A stretch of DNA of 64,000 nucleotides from assembly GCA_000002445.1 (NCBI GenBank), contig CH464491.1, positions 2,784,001 to 2,848,000 of the forward strand, in the 5' to 3' direction. This document shows positions 1 to 11,600 of this stretch, one piece after another. Numbering within the stretch: position 1 is the first letter of the stretch; every line of letters starts with the position of its first letter. The notes beneath the pieces are model-generated. The model saw only the letters and a program-made list of their open reading frames with translations, was not told the DNA's origin and searched no databases. Origin of the DNA: Trypanosoma brucei (lineage: Eukaryota). Both the position numbers and the translations under genes were made by a program.

Positions 1-1122
1 GTTATATTGTGGTTGGTCGGTGAGAACATTCAACTTCACAATGTTATCGCCGCTGCGGCACCGGAATGCTTTCGTATACTCGTGAAATCCTTCAAGACAG
101 AAGGCTCTGAGGTGAGGAAGCAGGTGCTCATGCTTGGGTGCAAGATATGGATGTTCCTTGATGGAAGTGGGGCGGTGGCCGAACGATTTAGGCAACTCTT
201 TTTCTACCTCATTGAACTTGCAAATTTTGATGACGACTACGATGTGCGTGACTATGCACGACTTGTGGGTTGTGCTGTGGACCGACAGAGTGCAACATTC
301 GAAGGACTAAAGCGCATGCTTCTTTTTCGCGAAAAAAAGCAGCCGCAGTCGAGCGATCCGTATGCTGAGCATACCCACTATGAACTGGGCAGTCTGTCTC
401 ATTTCATTGGTAAGCCTTTCACTGGTTATCATCCCCTTCCGCCTTGGGCAACGGTGCCCTCCGATCCACTTTTACGGTTACCTCCTGGATGCGAGGTGCG
501 CGGTGACGGGGCGGATTCGGGTGATGACAGCATGAGCGACGACGGGGATGATGACGATAGCTCAATGATGTATAGTGACAATAGCAGCGACAGTGGCACA
601 TGTAGGGGCAGTGGCAGTAGCGACGCCTCCACTTCGGTACACAGCAGTTATACCGGTGATGACGGCTACTCCTCAACTGACGGATCCCAACAGAGGGGCG
701 GGAACAGCACCAGCGATGAAATGGGCAGAGGTGATGACGAAGAGCAACGAACCCCAGCAGAGGAGGCAGTCATACGGCCATCGGATGCGTCGAGCAAGAC
801 GAACATAACAAATATCGCCGCAGAAGCATCTGACGCTCCCAGACGTCCTGTTGTCAAAGTTACCGTACGACGTCTTGGAGCTCCCAAGCCCGCACCCGAT
901 TCCAAAACAGTCCCCACTGAAACTGAAGGCGGAGTCGCTGCGGCTGTGACGCTAGAGAAGGAGGGATCACGAAGCGGAGGCACTCCCGGTGCTTCCAGTA
1001 CAACGGCAGGTAATAATGCGGTTCGAGAAGTTATTAATGACAAGACAACTGCCTCAGTGGAGGGGGGAAGTGACAGAGCACTGGACACACCCACAAGGGA
1101 GGGTAGTGGTCCCGCGGAGTGA
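1..1122 (+). CDS. AP-3 complex beta subunit (beta-adaptin), C-terminal part. The CDS continues upstream of the window; the frame is open from nt 1.
   Basis: The translation ELANFDDDYDVRDYARLV...YELGSLSHFIGKPFTGYHPLPPWATVPSDPLLR matches the conserved trunk-end/hinge segment of AP-3 beta3 (the human AP3B1 motif NYDIRDRARF...FQLGTLSH...PDPSVR). An Asp/Ser/Gly-rich acidic hinge follows. The frame is open to position 1, so the 5' end is missing. Confidence 0.8.
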   Translation, partial: VILWLVGENIQLHNVIAAAAPECFRILVKSFKTEGSEVRKQVLMLGCKIWMFLDGSGAVAERFRQLFFYLIELANFDDDYDVRDYARLVGCAVDRQSATFEGLKRMLLFREKKQPQSSDPYAEHTHYELGSLSHFIGKPFTGYHPLPPWATVPSDPLLRLPPGCEVRGDGADSGDDSMSDDGDDDDSSMMYSDNSSDSGTCRGSGSSDASTSVHSSYTGDDGYSSTDGSQQRGGNSTSDEMGRGDDEEQRTPAEEAVIRPSDASSKTNITNIAAEASDAPRRPVVKVTVRRLGAPKPAPDSKTVPTETEGGVAAAVTLEKEGSRSGGTPGASSTTAGNNAVREVINDKTTASVEGGSDRALDTPTREGSGPAE

Positions 1123-2124
1123 AACGAGTAGGGACAACAGGAGCAAAAGAAAGGGGGAAAGGCAAGGACAAAATAATAAGGCAAAAGAAGCAGACCGCGA
1201 GAGAACAGTTCCGTTTTTGGCTCGGTGACGTCTCTTTTATAGCGACACGTTCCAGTGCTTCGGGTTCTCTTTTCCATCGTTCGTTGGTTACTTGTGGTGT
1301 TGTGTAGGCTGAGCAGTGCCGTTTCGAAAAGAGACGGTGCTGGTGGCAGTTACAATTATATATCCATATATAGCAAAAGAGTACTGAAAGCAGCAATAAA
1401 GTGCTTATCGCAGATAAAATGATTGTCGACCAACAGTGGGTGGCGGACACGACGTTATAGTTGACGGTGCGTTCGGGGAGGCGGTAAAGGCAGGGAAAAT
1501 AGTGCGGCAGAATAGCCTCATATTGTTGTGGCCCGCATGAATGCTGTCAGGCTTGGCTACCCTCTTCAACTAAATGATGAGATCGCGCCATTTTTTGTTC
1601 CTCTGTTTCTTTCCCCTGCATACACACGAATATATTCCCCTGTCGCTTCCCTCTCTTCACATTGTTTGATATGTTTAATTCACCTGCGTCACTTTCGTTG
1701 TGGCAGTGGATAGCTTACATTTGCGCAGTGTAAAGAGCCTCTAGGGACTAAACTCCTCGTTTTCCTCTCCCTCTGTCTTTCCATAGTAGCAGTAAACAAT
1801 TTGAACGAAGTTTTAGTTCACAGAAGTGCTGTGTTGACTTAGTCCACGTAGCGAAAGAAATAATTGCGCTTCCACGTATATTTATTATATATATAAAGAC
1901 CCCGGATTTATAAGGACGGAAACTGAAAAGAAACCAACCGACGAAGACCATAAAGGAAAAGAGGGACAAAAAAGTACAAGACCATCAACTGTGTTATAGG
2001 CGACACAGGGTAGGAATAGTTTCAACCTTGTGGGAGAAGACGGTGGTAGAGAAGGGGGGAGAAAGCAAAGAAGGGAAAATCCTGTCGAGAGAAGACAAGA
2101 GGTTCACAGGAAAGTGCAACACCC

Positions 2125-2153
2125 ATATATACATATATATATATATATATATA
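2125..2153. repeat. (TA)n microsatellite.
   Basis: A catatatatacatatatatatatatatatata run in the spacer upstream of the giant ORF; a second (TA)n lies at 2407-2425. Confidence 0.9.
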
Positions 2154-2653
2154 AGTGGGAAGGGTGCATCGGCACTCACATATATATTAATCAAAAGCTA
2201 ACATCAACGACAACAACACCGTAAAGTAGTCAAGGAGTCAGCAAAAGTAGAAACCCGTTAAATTTAAGTTGGCGTGTTTCTCCATTCTTTTTTTCCACTT
2301 CCCTTTTTGTAACCGTAGGTGGTGCGTTAACAGGAGTTTGAACCCCTGCACAGCTGCACCGCCCTTTGGTTGTACATACGTATTCTCCCTGATCAGTGTT
2401 TAAACGTATATATATATATATATATCAAATAGCGAAAAAGCTGAGGTGGGGTGTTGTTGTTGTTTTACGTTTCCTTGAAGAAATTTGGGGAAGAAAAAGA
2501 AACAGGTGTGAGTTGGACTACAATAGCGCAAAAGGTACCACTGAACAGTGGTGGAAAGCAGCAAGAGCGCGTGTTGTTGGCGTTACTTCTTTGTTATTAC
2601 GGTTGCTGTTGTGGCAGACGCACATTTTTTGACATTACAACTGCTGCACGTCG

Positions 2654-5600
2654 ATGCCCTTCGCTCCCCAGGGACCTGTGATGGACCTGTACAACTCTGA
2701 TGAAGGGGATCTCCTCGCAATCAGGAGTGAAATGTGGATGTGCGCAGACAGTGAAAAGATGTTCAAGGTGGGCGCTGGCCGGGGGTCAAAGAACATTGTG
2801 AGCATTGAAAACGGGCATTTCTTTGTTTACTCCACTTGCGGAAAGCAGTCGCGGTTGATTAAGGACGTCCCCTTTCATTCAGTAAAGCGCACTGCGTCAT
2901 TTGTACATGATCCAAAGGTGTCTGGTGCGTCCACTGTGTCTGGGATGCAAACGGCGGCTTCGTCCTCGTCATCTTCAGCACGATCACGAGATAGGCGTGC
3001 GGATGTCCAGGTGCCTCCTTACTACTATCTCGTACTGGAGTTCGTACGGGATAAAACGGTAGCCGAGTCGACAAACCTAGCAAAGCGTGAGCACGTTGTG
3101 TTATGCACGGATAACGTGCAGGATTTTCAGTACTGGCAGCAATTCGTTGGGAGGTATAAGTGTCAGTTGAATCGCACTCAGCGACCTGATGAGAGTGTAG
3201 TGGGAGGGCGACGAAGTGGGAAAGGGTGTGTGAAAAGCGCATCACATAAGGAGTGTGATGATAGTGGAAGTGATGAGACGAACCTGGACATCAGCACACT
3301 CACAATGAAACTAGATGAGTTGCAGGAGTGGAAACGAATAGCAGTAGACCTCGCGGATGCGGTGGCGTCGTCGGGGGCGTTCCCTAACTGTAGACGAGAA
3401 TCGTTATCGAATACGGAACCAAATGTGGAGTTTAGTCTGAAATACGTAGAAAAACTGCTTGGTGAGCTGCGGAAAGGGGTGGATTGCCGGTTGAATACAC
3501 TGAACGAGACACAGCCTCCGCTGCCGCTGGTTAAAGATCTTAAACAGCAACTGGAATTGTGGAACAGTCTGTACGACAGAACCTTCTCTGACGACCGCAC
3601 TTCCGAAGCGAGGGGGCTTTTCACAAAAGAGCGGCAACAAGTGCGTGTGCAACGAATGGAAAACATTATTGCGAGGGAACGTACAGAGGGGTGCACAAAA
3701 TTGTCCCCAGTTGTAAGCCGGAGGGAGCTCGTAACATCACCTGAGGAGTGGTTGCAACTTCCCTGCTTGTCTACCTTAAGTGACGCTGATAGTGCACAAA
3801 ACTTAGTTGGAGGACAACGCGAGGGGGGAGTCTTAGACGGTAGCGCAATTACACTGTTAAGCAGTAGCACAGTCCATGCGGATGCACCTCAGGAAGTGTG
3901 GCAACGAGAGCGGAACTTGAGTAGTGCAAATGAAGGTGATATGTTCGCCGAATTGCGGGCGGCGCACCGCAACCTAGGACTGAGATCAGCTCCTCAACAC
4001 GAGTTCCACCAGCTGGAACGCGAGAAGAAAAATACAGAGCGGCTCGCCCGCGAAGGACTCCGTGCTTACACGGAGGCGACAATTGTACTTCTTCAGGCGT
4101 GTTATAGCGAGTACGTAACGGTGGTGGAATGTGTGCTATCTGCCATAAGCGGCGGCGTGGACACACGCGGCGAAAGAAGGCTTGTTACGGCGTATGCGCA
4201 CCTGCAGACGGTTGCAGCACTGGATGAAGCCCGCCGTGCCGCCACGGCGAAGCAGACTCTTCTAGAGAATCTTGTGAACGAACTCAAGGACCTCCAAAAG
4301 ACGCGGGACGAAGAGATTAACGCATTACGCAAAACCTTTTTTCGAGCCAAAGACGGATGGGAGAGTGATCTCGCAGTATTGCAAACAAAGTTAAGGACAC
4401 TGCAGAACACAATGACACAGACAACAGTCGTCGTGCCTTCCGACACGGTGTCATTCCCGCCTCTAGAAAGGGCTCTTTGCGGTGGTGAAAGCAGCCAAGA
4501 ACTGGGGAGGGACAGTGGTGAAGACAAAGTCTCAAACACTAAAATCGAGAGCGTAGACAAAGCAAGTTATGATGAATGTGATGAAGCGGATAGCGACGAA
4601 TCCATTAGGCGGTGGGCAACGCGGCTCACGTGCAGCCACGGTGAACAACGTGGCCACATTATAGCGTTCCGTTTAGAACGGTTCTTTCACTGGACACTCG
4701 AGAACGTCGTACCACTATGCTCCGGCGCAGACACAAACTGTTTGTTAGAACTCGTCATGCGTGCGTTAAGTAATCACATAACACTACTTCAAGCTGCAGG
4801 TGAGGTCTTCGGTACACAGGATGTCAAAGTTAGCGTGGACGACAACGGCGTCCGCGAGAGTAGAGACTTATGCAGTTCAATCCGAGACTTACACACGCAA
4901 CACAGCACCCTGAAGCATCTAGTAGGCAAATATATTGCCCTCACGGAAAATGAAGAAGACAGCCCCGTACTAAGATGCGACGAATTGGAAAAGCAATTAC
5001 AGCTCCACCAGTTTAATACAGCCACATTAGATCATATAAACAGCCTATTAGGAACTGACAACATGACCATAAAAAGGCGAATACAGGATATGATTCAAAA
5101 CGAAGAGCAGCTCCTCAGAATACAGGAAATCACAGGATCAAAAAGAGAAATATGCACAGTACAACACGTGCGACAAAAACACGAAGAACTTCGACAAATG
5201 AGCGAACTGATTAATCGATTAGATCAGTCACGAATGCACCAAGAAAAAGATCTAACAACACAAAATTACGAAGCCTTCACACAAATGAACACATCCGTCA
5301 AGAAAGCAGAGGAAATAATAGAAAATACAACGAAAAAATACAACGAGCTACAGCTACGAATAGACTTCGACAAAATAGAATTCAATGAACGCCTCCAAAT
5401 AGTACACGAATACTACAACGAACATCCACAGCATTACCATAACAACAAGATAAACAAACAAATCGAAGAACTAAATGAAATAATAGAAAAACAACAAAAT
5501 CTCATTGGACATCAAGATAAAAAAGAAAAAAAAACGGAAAGAAACTCATCTACACGTGCCCAGTGCCTACAAGGTATTGAGTCAGCTCTGGCTGTGCTTG

Positions 5601-8600
5601 GTACAACGGAGGCAGAAATGCCACTGGCATCAGCAATTCAGCGTGCTGCCGAGGAAGCTAAGGTTAGGGAAGACACACTGAAGCAAGAGCTAGACGAGGC
5701 TATGGGACGGGAAACTGCTCTGGAGGAACAACTGCGCAATCTGTCGCAAGCAACTATCGCACTACAAGGTACACTGTATGGTGGAGAAATGCCTACGGGG
5801 AATGATGGATCTGCCTTGGATGTTGGTCATGCTGCTATGAGTGCACTGGAGCGTATGCGTGAGGACGCTGCTAAGGCATCGGGGGTCATGACTGCCGCTA
5901 TGCAGGAAGGAGAAATGAGTGTACCCCTGTTAGCAAAATGTCACCATATGGCAGAGACCACGAATGCATTACGCGACAGTGAAAAGCATTACCGTGCGCT
6001 TGTAGGGGAGGACGTCAAGAAGGATAGCGGTTCCACTGGAACAGATGACTCATCTACACGTGCCCAGTGCCTACAAGGTATTGAGTCAGCTCTGGCTGTG
6101 CTTGGTACAACGGAGGCAGAAATGCCACTGGCATCAGCAATTCAGCGTGCTGCCGAGGAAGCTAAGGTTAGGGAAGACACACTGAAGCAAGAGCTAGACG
6201 AGGCTATGGGACGGGAAACTGCTCTGGAGGAACAACTGCGCAATCTGTCGCAAGCAACTATCGCACTACAAGGTACACTGTATGGTGGAGAAATGCCTAC
6301 GGGGAATGATGGATCTGCCTTGGATGTTGGTCATGCTGCTATGAGTGCACTGGAGCGTATGCGTGAGGACGCTGCTAAGGCATCGGGGGTCATGACTGCC
6401 GCTATGCAGGAAGGAGAAATGAGTGTACCCCTGTTAGCAAAATGCCACCATATGGCAGAGACCACGAATGCATTACGCGACAGTGAAAAGCATTACCGTG
6501 CGCTTGTAGGGGAGGACGTCAAGAAGGATAGCGGTTCCACTGGAACAGATGACTCATCTACACGTGCCCAGTGCCTACAAGGTATTGAGTCAGCTCTGGC
6601 TGTGCTTGGTACAACGGAGGCAGAAATGCCACTGGCATCAGCAATTCAGCGTGCTGCCGAGGAAGCTAAGGTTAGGGAAGACACACTGAAGCAAGAGCTA
6701 GACGAGGCTATGGGACGGGAAACTGCTCTGGAGGAACAACTGCGCAATCTGTCGCAAGCAACTATCGCACTACAAGGTACACTGTATGGTGGAGAAATGC
6801 CTACGGGGAATGATGGATCTGCCTTGGATGTTGGTCATGCTGCTATGAGTGCACTGGAGCGTATGCGTGAGGACGCTGCTAAGGCATCGGGGGTCATGAC
6901 TGCCGCTATGCAGGAAGGAGAAATGAGTGTACCCCTGTTAGCAAAATGCCACCATATGGCAGAGACCACGAATGCATTACGCGACAGTGAAAAGCATTAC
7001 CGTGCGCTTGTAGGGGAGGACGTCAAGAAGGATAGCGGTTCCACTGGAACAGATGACTCATCTACACGTGCCCAGTGCCTACAAGGTATTGAGTCAGCTC
7101 TGGCTGTGCTTGGTACAACGGAGGCAGAAATGCCACTGGCATCAGCAATTCAGCGTGCTGCCGAGGAAGCTAAGGTTAGGGAAGACACACTGAAGCAAGA
7201 GCTAGACGAGGCTATGGGACGGGAAACTGCTCTGGAGGAACAACTGCGCAATCTGTCGCAAGCAACTATCGCACTACAAGGTACACTGTATGGTGGAGAA
7301 ATGCCTACGGGGAATGATGGATCTGCCTTGGATGTTGGTCATGCTGCTATGAGTGCACTGGAGCGTATGCGTGAGGACGCTGCTAAGGCATCGGGGGTCA
7401 TGACTGCCGCTATGCAGGAAGGAGAAATGAGTGTACCCCTGTTAGCAAAATGCCACCATATGGCAGAGACCACGAATGCATTACGCGACAGTGAAAAGCA
7501 TTACCGTGCGCTTGTAGGGGAGGACGTCAAGAAGGATAGCGGTTCCACTGGAACAGATGACTCATCTACACGTGCCCAGTGCCTACAAGGTATTGAGTCA
7601 GCTCTGGCTGTGCTTGGTACAACGGAGGCAGAAATGCCACTGGCATCAGCAATTCAGCGTGCTGCCGAGGAAGCTAAGGTTAGGGAAGACACACTGAGGC
7701 AAGAGCTAGACGAGGCTATGGGACGGGAAACTGCTCTGGAGGAACAACTGCGCAATCTGTCGCAAGCAACTATCGCACTACAAGGTACAGTATGTGAAGA
7801 TGGTGCGGATGTGAGTTGTGATATTTCTACTTTTGATCTTTGTAGTGTGGCATTTCTTTCTTTGGGTGTTATTGAAAGTGCTTTTGAGTGTTCAATATCT
7901 CGTGAAGTCTCCCTGAAGAAACAGGTGGAAGAGGCTCATAAAAGAGAAGTTGCGCTCAGGTCTCGATTGAAGTCTTTGGCGAGTGCGGCAACAGCTGTTC
8001 AGAGTACATTGGACGGAAATGCTTCTCCAGAAAGAGTTAGTCCCAAGGAGTCTTCTATTTGTTCTGGTGATGAAGTGGATGGTGACGATGCTTTTGTTGA
8101 TCCTTTTGTTGCCGTTCAACGTGCTGCAGAGGAGTCAAAGGCTTGTAGGAATGCACTGGAAGAAAAACTGAAGGAGGGTGCTGCACGGATTGACGCTGTT
8201 GAGGGACGGCTCTTGCAACTTTCACGTTCCATTATTTGTCTGCACTCTAAGTTGTTTGATGCAGAAATAGGTGGCAATGGTGAGGAACGCGCCGTGGAGT
8301 TAAGTGAGTTGGCTCTTGTTGCTGCTGATGCCATTGAAAACGCTTTTGAGTGTTCAATATCTCGTGAAGTTTCCCTGAAGAAAAAGGTGGAAGAGGCTCA
8401 TAAAAGAGAAGTTGCCCTTAAAACGCGTTTGAAATGCTTGGTTGGTGCGGCAACAGCTGTTCAGTGTACGTTGGAAGGTGGGAATTATTCCTGCACCGCA
8501 GATGACCCTTTAAGTTTGTCGGGTTGTGATATGTCTGCCTCTACCAACCTGGACGATTCTGTACTGGGATCTGTCGCGGCAATTCAGCGTGCTGCCGAGG

Positions 8601-11600
8601 AAGCTAAGGTTAGGGAAGACACACTGAAGCAAGAGCTAGACGAGGCTATGGGACGGGAAACTGCTCTGGAGGAACAACTGCGCAATCTGTCGCAAGCAAC
8701 TATCGCACTACAAGGTACACTGTATGGTGGAGAAATGCCTACGGGGAATGATGGATCTGCCTTGGATGTTGGTCATGCTGCTATGAGTGCACTGGAGCGT
8801 ATGCGTGAGGACGCTGCTAAGGCATCGGGGGTCATGACTGCCGCTATGCAGGAAGGAGAAATGAGTGTACCCCTGTTAGCAAAATGCCACCATATGGCAG
8901 AGACCACGAATGCATTGAATGAGAACGACCGCGAGCTGCGGATGATGTCCAGAAACTTATCCTTTCAACTCTCTGTAGCTATGTTGTTTTTGGAAGAGGC
9001 TGAAGAACGACTAACCCATGTTGTTCGGTATGGATGGGTCCCGGCGAAAGTTGTTTCTGCCGCACTCTGTGGTTGGTTAGTGTTGTGTTGTGCGGGAGAT
9101 TTATTTCACTGCAGCTCTGGCGACACTATTTCTACCTTGGTTGATGTGCGGAAGGAGTTGGATGATCTTCGGAAGCTGTGTGGTTCTCAGAATGCCTTCG
9201 ATCACGGGGAAGTTGCGAATGTGTCGCGGTCGGAATGCTTGCTCGCGATTAAGCGATCCGTCGCTTCTCTTTGCGCTGATGGCGCCGCAGATCCGTCGTT
9301 ACCTCTCCCAACTCAGTTGCAGAAGTGCGTGCAGTCAACCGTGGACGAAATGTATCGCCTTCGTGATGACGCGGATAGTGCGTTGAGTGAAAACGTCAGA
9401 CTAAAACGGGATTTGCAGATGGTTGTCGGGGGCTGTGAAACCTCCCTCGAGTATTTGGGAAGTGCGTGTGGATCCTCTTTGTGTCCCGCACTCAGTCCGC
9501 GATCAGGTGTAGCAGCGGTGTCTAACCTCGTCGTAATGACGGCACGAATTGCAAGTGAGAAATTGTCGAGTCTGCGATCCGTGTGTGAGGAATGTAACTC
9601 TGTTATTGAGCGTGCCCGTAGGAGAGAAGAGCGGTCTCACTCGCGGGAGTCTTCGCCAGCGTCACATCGTGTAGAGGATGGCGCAGAGGCTTTACTTGTG
9701 GAGCGTTGCAAAGAGCTGGTGTCGGAGCTGCTCGTGTTGCGTACCGATCGACGGACTAGCACGGCTGCAATAGACCAGAGGCTTATGGAGAGTGAGTTGA
9801 TGGTGACATCCGTACGAAATGCCATAGAGAACCTACGAACTTCCCTTGATATCGATGTACCTATCGGCACACCTGCCCTGGATTTAGTAAGGACTTCTGG
9901 TAGTTGTGGAGAAGCAGTTGAAGGTGCTATCAGTGAGAAAAGGCAAGTTTCCGCCACCGGACCGAGTTTAGCGGAACTGGACACCTCTATCCGTACCCAG
10001 CTCGAACTCTGCGTGCTTGCAGTGATCAGACAATTACGTGAAAAGGACCGGGTAATTTCCGCTGCGGCAACTTTGTTGGGAGATGCGCTGCGTTCATGCT
10101 CCAGTGCCATTAGAGACGAAGTTACTACTGATTCGCTTTTAGCGGTTGCAAGCGGTACTGCTCACAGTCTGCACTCCCTATTCTCAGAGTTACAGAGTGT
10201 TCGTGCGTCGCTTAAACAATCGCAGCACCACACGGAAGAGCTGCGTACGCGGTTGGAGGGGGGAGAAACAACGCAGCTGGCAACTCTGGAGGCGCAGACG
10301 GAGTCAGTTGCCACAGCGGAACGGCTACTTAATGAGGCACTACAACGACAAGTTGCGGCATCAGCGCAAACAGCAAGACTACAGCGGACGCTCATGGACT
10401 TCGCAGGAAGCATAGCAGCTTCAACGCTTTATGCTGACGATGCAGGTGACCGCGTTGATAAAACGGGAGATGTGGGGGCGTCGGTTTCCGTAGTGGAAGA
10501 GAGATGGCTAGACGGTATTGTAAGGCACGTTGCTCAGCGCATGCAGGAGTCTGAAAGTCTTAAGGGAAAGCTGAAGTTGGTTACATCAGAATTGGAGAGT
10601 GTACGAATAAGGATGACCGCTACTGAGGTGGCTGCACGGGAAGCAGAATTGAATGCGCAGAGTGTGGAAGTCGGTAATCTCACGCGGATAGCTGAAGCAA
10701 CGGCTCGTGTCGAGTTACTTCGCAACGCACTCAGTGAAAGAAGCGTGGAGTTGCAGAAGATGCACCAGCGTGTAGAGCGTCATGAGAAACAGGTGGAAAC
10801 TCTGAAGGCGGAGATTTCAAACGATGCGCGTTCTTTTGACAACGAGCGCTGCAGCCTCCTGCGAGCGCAATCCACGTTGCTAGCAGAAAATACACTGAAA
10901 CAGCAACAACTGGATGAACTTCGCCAAAAGCTATGGGAAGGTGAGAAAAGTCTCCACGAGTTCCTTCATAATTCTCGAGTGGTGTCGTTGGTCGATGCCA
11001 CAAATAAAATACGGAGCCTCTCGGCCAACGCCGTGTGCGGGGTTTTAATGCTTGACGAAATGGAGCGACGCTCCGAGATACTTCAGAGCTATATACTGAG
11101 TTTCCCGACGCAGGAAAGTACCCTTCTGAGTGTTTGTGCTTGCATTGCTAGCACCCTTTCTGAGCGTGAGGTGCAACGACTGCCTGACAGCGTGCACCGA
11201 CTTAACCAGCGGGTGCAGAAGTACAAACATTTGCTAGGAAACCCCACCAAAGTGCCAGGACCTACGCGAGCAGTGGCCGTTTTAGCCTTGCAAAAGTTGG
11301 CTGAAACAGTGGAGCTAGCGGAATCCGTGAGCAGCACATCCTTTGTTTCTAATTTGATCGCAGCCGTTGCCGATTTTCGGACTAGGTATCTAATAGCGAA
11401 CGAGCGGATAGCTAAACTGGAAAAGGAAGTGAATAGCGGCGGAACATTAATGGAGATGTGTGACAGACGGGTATGGGAAATGGTTAAGTTGCTCCGACAG
11501 GCCAACAGTGTCGGAGGGTTACACAGTGGGTCGCAGGAAGGGCCGCGGGGAGAGTGCCAAACCGACGTTGTAGACTTTTCAGTTGCTCAACTTGACGCCC

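Noticed and set aside
5546-7785. Reading the highly regular 504-nt repeat ladder as a CRISPR-like or satellite array.
   Set aside because: The units are 504 nt, in-frame and fully coding inside a 12-kb ORF, with no unique spacers. This is an intragenic protein repeat.
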